Made by a program: the position numbers and the translations under genes. This document shows, piece by piece, positions 56,435 to 64,000 of a stretch of 64,000 nt of DNA; the first letter of the stretch is position 1; the number at the start of each line of letters is the position of its first letter. The notes beneath the pieces were generated by a model that saw only the letters and a program-made list of their open reading frames with translations, was not told the origin of the DNA and ran no database searches. Source of the DNA: an uncultured virus (IMG/VR IMGVR_UViG_3300033888_000043). Lineage: Duplodnaviria > Heunggongvirae > Uroviricota > Caudoviricetes. The stretch is from IMG/VR virus record IMGVR_UViG_3300033888_000043; one strand, written 5' to 3'.

Positions 56435-56627
56435 AAGCAGCTTTCAGCTTTCAGCACTCAGCTTTCAGCTAAAGCAGCAGAACCTTGCGTAAGTCGTTTT
56501 GCGTGAGTGGAATAGCTTGTGGATATGTGCAATTGGCAGGCGAAGATTAGGCGAAAGTCACCTCATGTATCGACCTAAGTGTATTGGGTTGAATGGATTA
56601 GCGTCTATTTTGGGGGGCGAACAAACG

Positions 56628-56662
56628 GCGAATCGCCCCTGTACAGGGGGGATTCGCTTTTT
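56628..56662 (+). terminator. Intrinsic-terminator-like hairpin containing the CCCCTGTACAGGGG palindrome
   Basis: GCGAATCGCCCCTGTACAGGGGGGATTCGC followed by TTTTT. Confidence 0.55.
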
Positions 56663-56765
56663 CTTCGCCTACCCCGATAAACCCGCGCTCGAAGGGGGAT
56701 TTCGAGGCGCTGGGCGTGGGCTTCATAGACGAGAAGATCGTAACGCTCGGCACCCGCGATGTCAA

Positions 56766-57973
56766 GGGCAATAACATACCTAACCGACCGGTACGTTTCC
56801 TGAAGGGCAAAGCCCCGCAGCGCTTCTGCCAAGCGCAAGGACGTTGAGCGCGGCGTTGTAGTCTCTGTCGAGCGATGCTCCGCAGCCGCAAAGGTGCTGC
56901 CGGTCGGCGAGCGTCTTACGAACGTCCGCCCCGCATTGAGAGCATCGAATCGACGTGCCTCTGGGGTTCACTGGAATGGCCCATCGTCCGGCGCTTTCAG
57001 CCTTGTACGATATCTGCCAGATCAGTTCGGCCCATGCCGCGTCGAGGATGGACTTCGCCAGGTTGCTCCGAACCATCCCCCGGATATTGAGCTTTTCAAA
57101 CGCAATGAGATCGTAGTGCTCGACCAGCCACTTCGAGGCATGGTGGCAAAAGTTCCGCCGAGCGTCCCCGGCCCGCTGGTGAGCGCGGCGCAATACTTCG
57201 CGGGCGCGGATGCGATTCTTGGACCGCTTCTGTTTCAGTGCCAGCTTGCGGTTGGCCGCCGCGATGCGCACTTCGTGCTTCCGCGTGAAATGCGGGTTGT
57301 CGATCACCGCGCCGTCGCTCAAGGTTGCGAAATTCGTCAGACCCAGGTCGATGCCAACCGCATTGGAGACGGCGACCTTTGGCGGCGCTTCGCCAAGGTC
57401 GCACACCACGCGCAATTCCCATTTGCCGCCGCACCGCTTGATGGTCGCCTGCTTCGGCTGGCCTTCGACGGGCCGATGAGACTTGAAGCGGATACAGCCG
57501 AGCTTAGGAACCAGAACCGCAGCGTCCTTGAGGCTGGGTTCGTGCCACGCGAAGGAATCGTATCGTGCGCGCGCGCGGAACCTTGGAAACCCCGGCTTCT
57601 CTCCAGCTTTACAGCGGCGGAAGAACGCCTTGAAGGCGCGGTCCACGCGGCGCAGCGGCTCCCGCTGGATATCGACGGCGATGGTGGCGTAGCGCGGGTC
57701 TTGCCGAAGCTGGGTCAGCTCGCCGCACTGGTCCTCGTAGGTGATGCTCTTGTGGCACAGCTTCCATGCGTCGCGGCGCTCCTGGAGGGCGGCGTTGTAC
57801 GTTTCCGCCGAGTCCACCAGGATGCCGGTAAGCGCCATCCGCTGTTCCGCGTTGGGCTTCAGCCGCATTGTAAACGTGCGATGCACCTAGTTCTATTGTG
57901 CGCTGGAGCACCTGTATTTACTAGGGCTGGGCGTACTCCGGAACGTACCGGTCGGTTAGGTATGTTATTGCCC
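56766..57973 (-). mobile_element. tnpB-only element bounded by perfect 32-bp inverted repeats
   Basis: GGGCAATAACATACCTAACCGACCGGTACGTT at 56766-56797 and its exact reverse complement at 57942-57973. Confidence 0.85.
56780..57886 (-). CDS. tnpB: RNA-guided endonuclease TnpB
   Basis: YNAAL.ER, KPGFPRFR, RuvC residues in GIDLG, FEKL and DRDYNAA intact, Zn finger CSQC..CGC. Confidence 0.95.
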   Translation of the reverse strand: MHRTFTMRLKPNAEQRMALTGILVDSAETYNAALQERRDAWKLCHKSITYEDQCGELTQLRQDPRYATIAVDIQREPLRRVDRAFKAFFRRCKAGEKPGFPRFRARARYDSFAWHEPSLKDAAVLVPKLGCIRFKSHRPVEGQPKQATIKRCGGKWELRVVCDLGEAPPKVAVSNAVGIDLGLTNFATLSDGAVIDNPHFTRKHEVRIAAANRKLALKQKRSKNRIRAREVLRRAHQRAGDARRNFCHHASKWLVEHYDLIAFEKLNIRGMVRSNLAKSILDAAWAELIWQISYKAESAGRWAIPVNPRGTSIRCSQCGADVRKTLADRQHLCGCGASLDRDYNAALNVLALGRSAAGLCPSGNVPVG

Positions 57974-57974
57974 A

Positions 57975-58559
57975 TCAAACCGTGCGCTCCGTTTCCAGCC
58001 GGCGCGGCCGGTACACGCGTCGCACGTGCCCGCGCGGCCGGAGCCGATCGAGCGCGCGCGACTTGCGCAGCCGGAACTGGGTTTCGGTCAGGCCCAGGTC
58101 TTGCCAGATTTCCTTTGCGGTATCGCCCAGTTGGTAGAACCGGGTGATGATGGCCAGGTCCGCGCCCTTGAGTTTGCCCAGCTTGCGATCGATAGCCTGG
58201 TCTTTCTCGGCCGCGAGTAACACCCGCTCCGGGTCGCGCCGGTCGGCGGGCTCCCTGATCTGCCGGACCTCGCGCTGGCGCACGCGCTCCTCGATCTCAC
58301 CGGCCACCATGCGCCGGACGATGGACTGGACGTATCCCATCAGGCACTCTGGATTGCGCAACTCCCCGCGGTGGATGGCGCCAACGGTCGCCACGAAGGC
58401 GTCATGCGTAAAGTCCAGGGCGGCCTGCCAACCCAGCCGGCGTCCAAGGTAGACGTGCACACCGCGCGCGAAACAGCGGCGGTACAACTCTTCCATGCCG
58501 GAAGGGTCGTCGGCGACGATGCGCGCCACTACTTCGGGCCATGAGGGACAATCGGTCAT
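57975..58559 (-). CDS. ECF-type sigma-70 factor
   Basis: MEELY..F..GV..YL.RRLG...D..HD.F (region 2); RFY..G.T.KEI..DLGLTETQFRLRKSRA (region 4). Confidence 0.85.
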   Translation of the reverse strand: MTDCPSWPEVVARIVADDPSGMEELYRRCFARGVHVYLGRRLGWQAALDFTHDAFVATVGAIHRGELRNPECLMGYVQSIVRRMVAGEIEERVRQREVRQIREPADRRDPERVLLAAEKDQAIDRKLGKLKGADLAIITRFYQLGDTAKEIWQDLGLTETQFRLRKSRALDRLRPRGHVRRVYRPRRLETERTV

Positions 58560-58572
58560 GTCTCGGAAGTCT

Positions 58573-58610
58573 ATTGTAATTGACATTTCCGCCCGGAAGT
58601 CAATTATAAT
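58573..58610. promoter_or_regulatory. Dyad-symmetric overlapping divergent promoter candidate
   Basis: Plus strand TTGACA-N19-TATAAT (58580-58610); minus strand TTGACT-N19-TACAAT; dyad TAATTGAC..TTCC-GCCC-GGAA-GTCAATTA. Confidence 0.55.
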
Positions 58611-58899
58611 CAACGACCCCGCGATCCCGTTCGGAATGAGGCCGCTTCAATGCGTTACTGCACAGATGGGCAGTCATGGGAAAAATGAAGCCCGGATACT
58701 ATAAGACAGCCTGATTCTGTAACGATGCTTGGGTAGTGTAACGCAATACTGCTGCGAGCATGGGCCAAATAGTACTTGAGTGGCGGCCTGCCGCGCGGTA
58801 TGCTGACATCGGTATTCGAGCGCCGGTCACTGCCGGTCTCACCCCCTTGAGATCCGGGCACCACCTTGGCCGGCCCTCGACGCTCTGTGGTGGAGTGAA

Positions 58900-60186
58900 A
58901 TGGAGAAGCCCCCACAATCAGCGACAGGCAGACGCGGCGACGCGGCGACGCGGCGACGCACGTATGGCTCGCTGTTTAGCGGTATCGGCGGCCTGGATTT
59001 AGGCTTCGACCGCGCCGGCTTCGAGTGCCGCTTCCAAATCGAGATCGACCCATTCTGCCACGAGATTCTTGAGAAGCACTGGCCCAAGGTTCCCAAACAT
59101 CATGACATCCGCGTTGCTACCGCTGCCGTTCTTTCACCCGTCGATGTGCTCGTTGGCGGCTTCCCATGCCAGGACGTTTCCCAGGCCGGAAAGCGAGTTG
59201 GAATTGAAGGATCTCGCACGGGCCTTTGGTCTGAGTTCGCCCGAATTATTGGCGAGCTTCGACCCCGTTTCGTGGTCGCTGAGAACGTCCCAGGGCTCCT
59301 TACTTCAAGAGGAGCAATGGGGCGAGTGCTTGGAGACCTTGCCCGACTCGGGTATGTGGGATGCTGGCGCTGTCTACGAGCTTCGGAGTTCGGAGCTTCC
59401 CATATTCGAAAGCGCGTCTTCATTGTGGCCTACCGCAGTGGCGAAAGACGACGGGAAGACGCCAGCGGCGCACTTGGCGATGAAACAGCGTATGGGCGAG
59501 CGCGACGGCACAGGCGCGAACCGGACGGCGATAACGAGCCTTGCGGTGAAGGTGCAACAGTGGCCAACTCCACGCGAGGCAGAGCGCTGCCAGTACAACA
59601 GCCACGACGACTACGAGGCGCTGAGCCTGCGAGTGCAGAATTGGCCCACTGCCCGCCAGGAAGACGGCGAGAGTTGCGGGAACCATCCGGGAGTGGTGGA
59701 CTCGCTAACGGGAGCAACGAAGTTGTGGTTCCCGACACCAGCGAGCAGGGATTACCGCACTCCAAACAAGCTGAGCTATCAGGACCGCTCGGGAACAACG
59801 AAGGGCGAGCAGCTTCAGAACTTCGTGGAGCACAGCTTCCCCGCTTCGCTCCAGGCCCCTCAGATCCAAGATGGCCAGCCATCCTCAGAGAGCGCCCCGA
59901 CCTCGCGCCAGCGCTGGGCTACCCCGACCGACAGCATGGCAACCATGCAGGATCAGGAGCAGGCGCAGACAGCGGGCAACAGCCCGGACCGCCCAAAGTA
60001 CGGGAGCCTGGAGAAACGGCGGCTCAATCCAAGATTTGTCTGCTGGCTGATGGGCTTCCCGCTGGGCTGGACAGAGCGATGCAAGACCGCACCAAGCGAC
60101 TGAGCCGGCTGGGTAACGCGGTGGTGCCAGACTGTAGTGAGTGGATCGCGCGCCGGCTTGCCGAATTCGACGAGGCGCACGCATGA
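58900..60186 (+). CDS. DNA (cytosine-5) methyltransferase, large polypeptide
   Basis: SLFSGIGG (I), GGFPCQD (IV), ENV (VI), RKRVF (VIII), LGNAVVP (X); motif IX not seen in this frame. Confidence 0.92.
   Translation: MEKPPQSATGRRGDAATRRRTYGSLFSGIGGLDLGFDRAGFECRFQIEIDPFCHEILEKHWPKVPKHHDIRVATAAVLSPVDVLVGGFPCQDVSQAGKRVGIEGSRTGLWSEFARIIGELRPRFVVAENVPGLLTSRGAMGRVLGDLARLGYVGCWRCLRASEFGASHIRKRVFIVAYRSGERRREDASGALGDETAYGRARRHRREPDGDNEPCGEGATVANSTRGRALPVQQPRRLRGAEPASAELAHCPPGRRRELREPSGSGGLANGSNEVVVPDTSEQGLPHSKQAELSGPLGNNEGRAASELRGAQLPRFAPGPSDPRWPAILRERPDLAPALGYPDRQHGNHAGSGAGADSGQQPGPPKVREPGETAAQSKICLLADGLPAGLDRAMQDRTKRLSRLGNAVVPDCSEWIARRLAEFDEAHA
59102..60103 (+). CDS. Nested alternative-frame MTase small subunit carrying motif IX (start uncertain)
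   Basis: Open for more than 330 codons inside the MTase; repeated WPT(P/A) units; RRLNPRFVCWLMGFPLGWT. Confidence 0.8.
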   Translation: MTSALLPLPFFHPSMCSLAASHARTFPRPESELELKDLARAFGLSSPELLASFDPVSWSLRTSQGSLLQEEQWGECLETLPDSGMWDAGAVYELRSSELPIFESASSLWPTAVAKDDGKTPAAHLAMKQRMGERDGTGANRTAITSLAVKVQQWPTPREAERCQYNSHDDYEALSLRVQNWPTARQEDGESCGNHPGVVDSLTGATKLWFPTPASRDYRTPNKLSYQDRSGTTKGEQLQNFVEHSFPASLQAPQIQDGQPSSESAPTSRQRWATPTDSMATMQDQEQAQTAGNSPDRPKYGSLEKRRLNPRFVCWLMGFPLGWTERCKTAPSD

Positions 60187-60287
60187 ACGCAGCTACGCCC
60201 GTGATTGGGGTCGCTGCAGGTGAAAGCCGCGGACGGTCGCCTCCGGGATAACTACCTTAGCGGTCGCCGTCGATCAAATCTTGGCAG

Positions 60288-61226
60288 GTGAGACTGACGG
60301 CAAACAAGCGCAAACACTTAGCGCCGGAGGCACGGCTTCCCCTTCATTTTCGCAAGCCTACCCCTGAATCGCAAGTGCTCGCGTTTCAATTTCTTGAATT
60401 TCAGGAGAAAAGCTTGCGCTGGACGCCCCAAGCCATCACTAAATTGCGCGTGCTCTATCCGCACCATCCCACCTGGGCCGTGGCGGAAGTGCTGAAGCGG
60501 TCGTTCCCCTCAGTGCGAACAAAGGCAAAATTGTTGGGACTTCGCAAGCCCGGGTACCAGCCCTGGTCCACCGTAGAACTCGATCTCCTGCGCAAGCTGT
60601 ACGCCGATCACTCGACGGCAGAGATTGCGGCGCTCACCGGCCGCAGCGCCGGCAAGGTTTACCAAGCCGCGGCGCGCCTGGGGCTGCAAAAGAGCGCGGA
60701 GTATTTGGCATCGGCCGAAGGGCCGAACTCGCACAAGCACGCCAACGGCGGATCTTTCCGGGCCGGCCTGGTGCCGTGGAACAAGGGCAAGCGCATGCCC
60801 GGTTATGCCCTCGGACGCATGGCCGAGACGCAATTCAAGCCGGGGCAACTCAACGGCCGCGCCGCGCAACTGCACAAGCCGGTGGGCGCCATCGTAGCCG
60901 ACCCCGAAGGCTACCTGCGCATCAAGATCCGGGAGCGGCGCCCCGGCGACGGCTGCTCCGGATGGCACAAGGATGTCTGGCCGCTGGTGCACTGGCGCGT
61001 CTGGCAGCAGCACCATGGCCCGATCCCCGCGGGACACAAGGTTGTGTTCCGTGACTATAACCGGGCCCATTGCGAAATCGAAAACCTGGAGCTGATAACG
61101 GACGGAGAGATGATGCTCCGCAACAGCATCCATAACCTGCCCCCCGAGCTGAAGCAGGTAATTACGCTCAACGGGGCGCTGAAACGCAGACTAAGGAGAC
61201 TTTGTGGCAAAGAACACGTTGCGTGA
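60288..61226 (+). CDS. HNH endonuclease-domain protein (probable start TTG ~60413)
   Basis: Two W(T/S)..L..LY repeats, PWNKG, ETQFKPG, H..VW..HHGPIP.GH.V.F.D.NR..C.IENLEL. Confidence 0.85.
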   Translation: MRLTANKRKHLAPEARLPLHFRKPTPESQVLAFQFLEFQEKSLRWTPQAITKLRVLYPHHPTWAVAEVLKRSFPSVRTKAKLLGLRKPGYQPWSTVELDLLRKLYADHSTAEIAALTGRSAGKVYQAAARLGLQKSAEYLASAEGPNSHKHANGGSFRAGLVPWNKGKRMPGYALGRMAETQFKPGQLNGRAAQLHKPVGAIVADPEGYLRIKIRERRPGDGCSGWHKDVWPLVHWRVWQQHHGPIPAGHKVVFRDYNRAHCEIENLELITDGEMMLRNSIHNLPPELKQVITLNGALKRRLRRLCGKEHVA

Positions 61227-61458
61227 CTTGAACGACCATTTATTCGAGACCATCGAAGCGCTGAAAGATCCCGACAATCCTATGGAGATCGCGCGCGCCT
61301 TGGCTGTTACCCGCGTCGCGGATGCGATCGTGAAAGCCGCCAAAGTGCAGCTCGATTACCACAAAACCGTGGAGCGGCTCGCCGATGAAGACATGCGGTT
61401 TTTCGATCGCGAGTCCGGCCAGAAGCGGCTGATAAACGGAAAAGCGGGCCACGCATGA
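61204..61458 (+). CDS. Small phage protein
   Basis: KNTLRDLNDHLFE.IE.L..EIARA.AV..VA..IV..AKV; AAGGAG SD. Confidence 0.75.
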   Translation: MAKNTLRDLNDHLFETIEALKDPDNPMEIARALAVTRVADAIVKAAKVQLDYHKTVERLADEDMRFFDRESGQKRLINGKAGHA

Positions 61459-61576
61459 GACACAGCACCAGACGGTTGCCCCGCCTGATCGTAGTCGAGG
61501 TCGAGACTCAGCATGTCATCGCGCGCATCCACGAAGCGGAATGGGAGGCAGTCAACAAAATGGAGGTTTTCACACA

Positions 61577-62809
61577 GTGAACACACAGACGAACCGGAAG
61601 CCGATGGCTTCCGAACAAGACGGCGACCGTCGGAATGACGGCGCATGCGCCAGGTTAATGAGGTCCCTCGGAAGCGCCACTGGCCGCTTTACGGCACATC
61701 CTCCGAGCCAGACCGACTCGGATTTCCGGGACGGCGAAACGCCGTTGATCCGTCTCAGGGCTCTGATAACACAGGAAAGCCTCGGGCGGATCCCTCCGAG
61801 CCCCTGGGCGGTCGATGACGATGGACACGCGCATACCACCCGGAGCTTGGCCGACAAGTTGAAGTGCACCGAGAAGCACATCGCCAACACCTTGGCCGAA
61901 GCACTCGCCTGTGGCCTGTTTCGCCGGGCGACCGCGGCCGACGGAAAGCGTCTGGCTGGCGCCATTGGAGTGAACGCCGACAAGGTAAAGTCTCGCCGGC
62001 GCGAGGATCGCTCCCCTGTACAGGGGGGATTCGTTTTTTCTTCGCCTGAGGTTTTGGCCCAAATTCATAACTTCGACCCGCCGCGGCGCGTCGCCGCCGA
62101 GGAATGGGCCGTCAGCTTCAACCGTTGGTCCCAGGATGTTTTGAACGCCGCGACGGATAAGGCCCGTAAAATCATCGCGGAAGAGAGGTACAGCGCCTTG
62201 CGGGCCATCGGGGTGAAACTACCCCCGAAACAGATGGAGGTAATCTCTAACGACCGGGGTGTGCAGCTCGAGTTGACGCTCGAGCCGCCGGCGATTCCGG
62301 ACGTGCTTGTCTCCCCTGTAAAGGGGAAGACGATGGCCGCTGGACAGGGGAACGGTTCTCCCCTTGTACAAGCGGGTTTTCCGTCTGTACAGGTGCGACA
62401 TATAAGGAATAAGAATAAAGAAGAGGCCACCCCTGTTTCCGGGGCTATTTTTGATGTCAAAAAAGAAGAGTCCAGTCCCGTCCCTTGTGAGACGACGGGA
62501 CCGGACTCTCTTTTAATGGAAAGGACCGAAGCACTCCGCGAATTGCTTCTGAGATGGCTTGGAGCCAAACTCTCACCCGACATCCCTGGACCTATCGCAT
62601 TACACGGAATTCTGGCAGCGCTGGGAGACGCGGATTTTGCGCTCCTCACGCAGCGCATTCAGGCCCGCATGAGTTCAATCACGTCCTACGGCATGGTTAT
62701 AAACCTGGCCCGGGACGCGGCGAAGCTGGCGCGGGCGCCCAAAACCGAAGCCGGGCCGAGCCTGCTCGACTTGAAACTACAAATGCAAAGAGAGGGAAAG
62801 CTGCGATGA
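61577..62809 (+). CDS. Probable replication initiator with internal iteron-like palindromes
   Basis: HTH-like TRSLADKLKCTEKHI; CCCCTGTA(C/A)AGGGG variants at ~62013, 62313, 62361, 62381, then an A-rich tract; GGAGG SD. Confidence 0.6.
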   Translation: MNTQTNRKPMASEQDGDRRNDGACARLMRSLGSATGRFTAHPPSQTDSDFRDGETPLIRLRALITQESLGRIPPSPWAVDDDGHAHTTRSLADKLKCTEKHIANTLAEALACGLFRRATAADGKRLAGAIGVNADKVKSRRREDRSPVQGGFVFSSPEVLAQIHNFDPPRRVAAEEWAVSFNRWSQDVLNAATDKARKIIAEERYSALRAIGVKLPPKQMEVISNDRGVQLELTLEPPAIPDVLVSPVKGKTMAAGQGNGSPLVQAGFPSVQVRHIRNKNKEEATPVSGAIFDVKKEESSPVPCETTGPDSLLMERTEALRELLLRWLGAKLSPDIPGPIALHGILAALGDADFALLTQRIQARMSSITSYGMVINLARDAAKLARAPKTEAGPSLLDLKLQMQREGKLR

Positions 62810-63399
62810 AACAGTTGACATACGATCAAGCCCGCGAAATTGCCAATAATCTCAAGACCCTGGTATTTTGCCCCGACACAGATGGGCTGAAGGCTATAGC
62901 CGAGGACCTGGTGGGCTGGTGCCAAGGTTTCCAGGGTTGGGCACCAGACCAGCAAGCGATGTGGGTGGTACAGGAAATCCGCAACCAATGGGACAAATGG
63001 TATGGCTCGAAAGCCATGCGGGAGATGTTTGACCAGAAGTTTACGATCCATCCACCCGATCCCATTGAGGCGTGGAAAAAACAAGGGTTGAAGCCAGACC
63101 CCACTTTCGTTGAGTCGATTCTAGGCACGATCAATGGGAAATCGACGCCGGAACAACTCGACGCCTTGCGTTGGGAGAGCATCGGGGACGCGCTCGAATA
63201 TCAAGGACTTCCTGAGCGGGACAAAACCAAGGACGGGCGAAAATTCTGGCCGGACTTCCTCTTTCGGATGGAACAGGAGCATCCGACAGAAGTGGCTGCG
63301 ATCCGCGCTGGTCGCCAGCCCGAGCATCCCGAGTCAGAGGCGTACAAGAATCTCTGGGATCGCCAAGGGGCTGCCAGACAACTGCGAGGTCCGGGATGA
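62806..63399 (+). CDS. Hypothetical protein (replication module)
   Basis: ATGA overlap with the upstream gene. Confidence 0.7.
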   Translation: MKQLTYDQAREIANNLKTLVFCPDTDGLKAIAEDLVGWCQGFQGWAPDQQAMWVVQEIRNQWDKWYGSKAMREMFDQKFTIHPPDPIEAWKKQGLKPDPTFVESILGTINGKSTPEQLDALRWESIGDALEYQGLPERDKTKDGRKFWPDFLFRMEQEHPTEVAAIRAGRQPEHPESEAYKNLWDRQGAARQLRGPG

Positions 63400-63704
63400 C
63401 CGCCCTCGGGTTACTCCTCGTCCGCGGCGGCTTCGCCCCGCGCCAACTGGGTCTGAACGATGACGTATACGATCCCGGCGCGCCCCGCGGCATCCCCGCC
63501 AAAGCGCGGCTCTACGGCGACCACCCGCGCGAGATACGTGCACGGGACGCAAATCCACGCGCCAATGCCGGCCGCGCGCCGGGTACTCCAGGGCGGTTGT
63601 GGCCGCTGACCGACCGCCAGGCGGAAGCCCAGCGGCAAAGCGAACGCGACCTGGTGCGCGGCGCGGAGCGCGAGGCCGCAGCGCGGCGGGGGGATGCCGC
63701 ATGA
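63396..63704 (+). CDS. Hypothetical protein
   Basis: ATGA overlaps on both sides. Confidence 0.55.
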   Translation: MTALGLLLVRGGFAPRQLGLNDDVYDPGAPRGIPAKARLYGDHPREIRARDANPRANAGRAPGTPGRLWPLTDRQAEAQRQSERDLVRGAEREAAARRGDAA

Positions 63705-64000
63705 AAGCCCCCTTTCCTTGGTTCGGCGGTAAGAGCCGCGCGGCGGAACTTGTCTGGCGGCACTTCGGCGACGTCGGCAACTACGTTGAGCCGTTTGCTG
63801 GCAGCTTGGCTGTGCTGTTGGCTAGGCCTCACGCGCCGCGGATTGAAACAGTGAATGACGCCGATGCCTACTTGGCCAACTTCTGGCGGGCACTCCAGGC
63901 GGATCCAGAAGCCGTGGCTGAGTTTGCCGACTGGCCGGTGAGCGAGGTAGACCTGCAGGCGCGGCATCGCTGGCTTACCGAACAACCGGACTTCCGCGCC
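63701..64000 (+). CDS. Dam-like (D12 class) DNA adenine methyltransferase, 5' part
   Basis: MKAPFPWFGGKSR..YVEPFAGS..ETVND...L.NFWRA. Confidence 0.9.
   Translation, partial: MKAPFPWFGGKSRAAELVWRHFGDVGNYVEPFAGSLAVLLARPHAPRIETVNDADAYLANFWRALQADPEAVAEFADWPVSEVDLQARHRWLTEQPDFRA

Overview
The window is 64 kb of a GC-rich tailed phage or prophage with a P22/APSE-like (short-tail) morphogenesis layout; a host in Acidobacteriota is my inference from the ECF sigma type and repeat style. Positions 1-55.5 kb form one long minus-strand late region: NusG-family antiterminator, FimB-like tyrosine recombinase, glycosyltransferase, terS/terL, portal, scaffold, coat, decoration proteins, GroES-like protein, four gp4-like adaptor paralogs, gp10-like hub, Tlde1 and NlpC/P60 enzymes, fibres/spike, and three ejection proteins. 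The last ejection protein (<1..5608, missing from the ORF track because it runs off the window) is polyvalent, with an Acb1/LigT-like 2H phosphoesterase and an apparently circularly permuted histidine phosphatase. The right end holds a divergent LuxR pair, an ECF sigma factor, a two-frame cytosine MTase, HNH, a replication initiator and a Dam-like MTase. The most unusual signals are: (1) an intact tnpB alone between perfect 32-bp inverted repeats, with a third orphan copy of that end 45 kb away; (2) about 21 (TTTCAGC)n heptamer arrays, mostly right after stop codons; (3) a five-copy ~50-bp dispersed element at gene and domain junctions; (4) antisense accessory genes that look leaderless; (5) signal peptides on several virion-type proteins. 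An IS1-family element with passenger genes has clear TIRs and an 8-bp TSD. No CRISPR array, rRNA or canonical tRNA was seen. All product calls come from reading motifs and gene order by eye, not from database searches.
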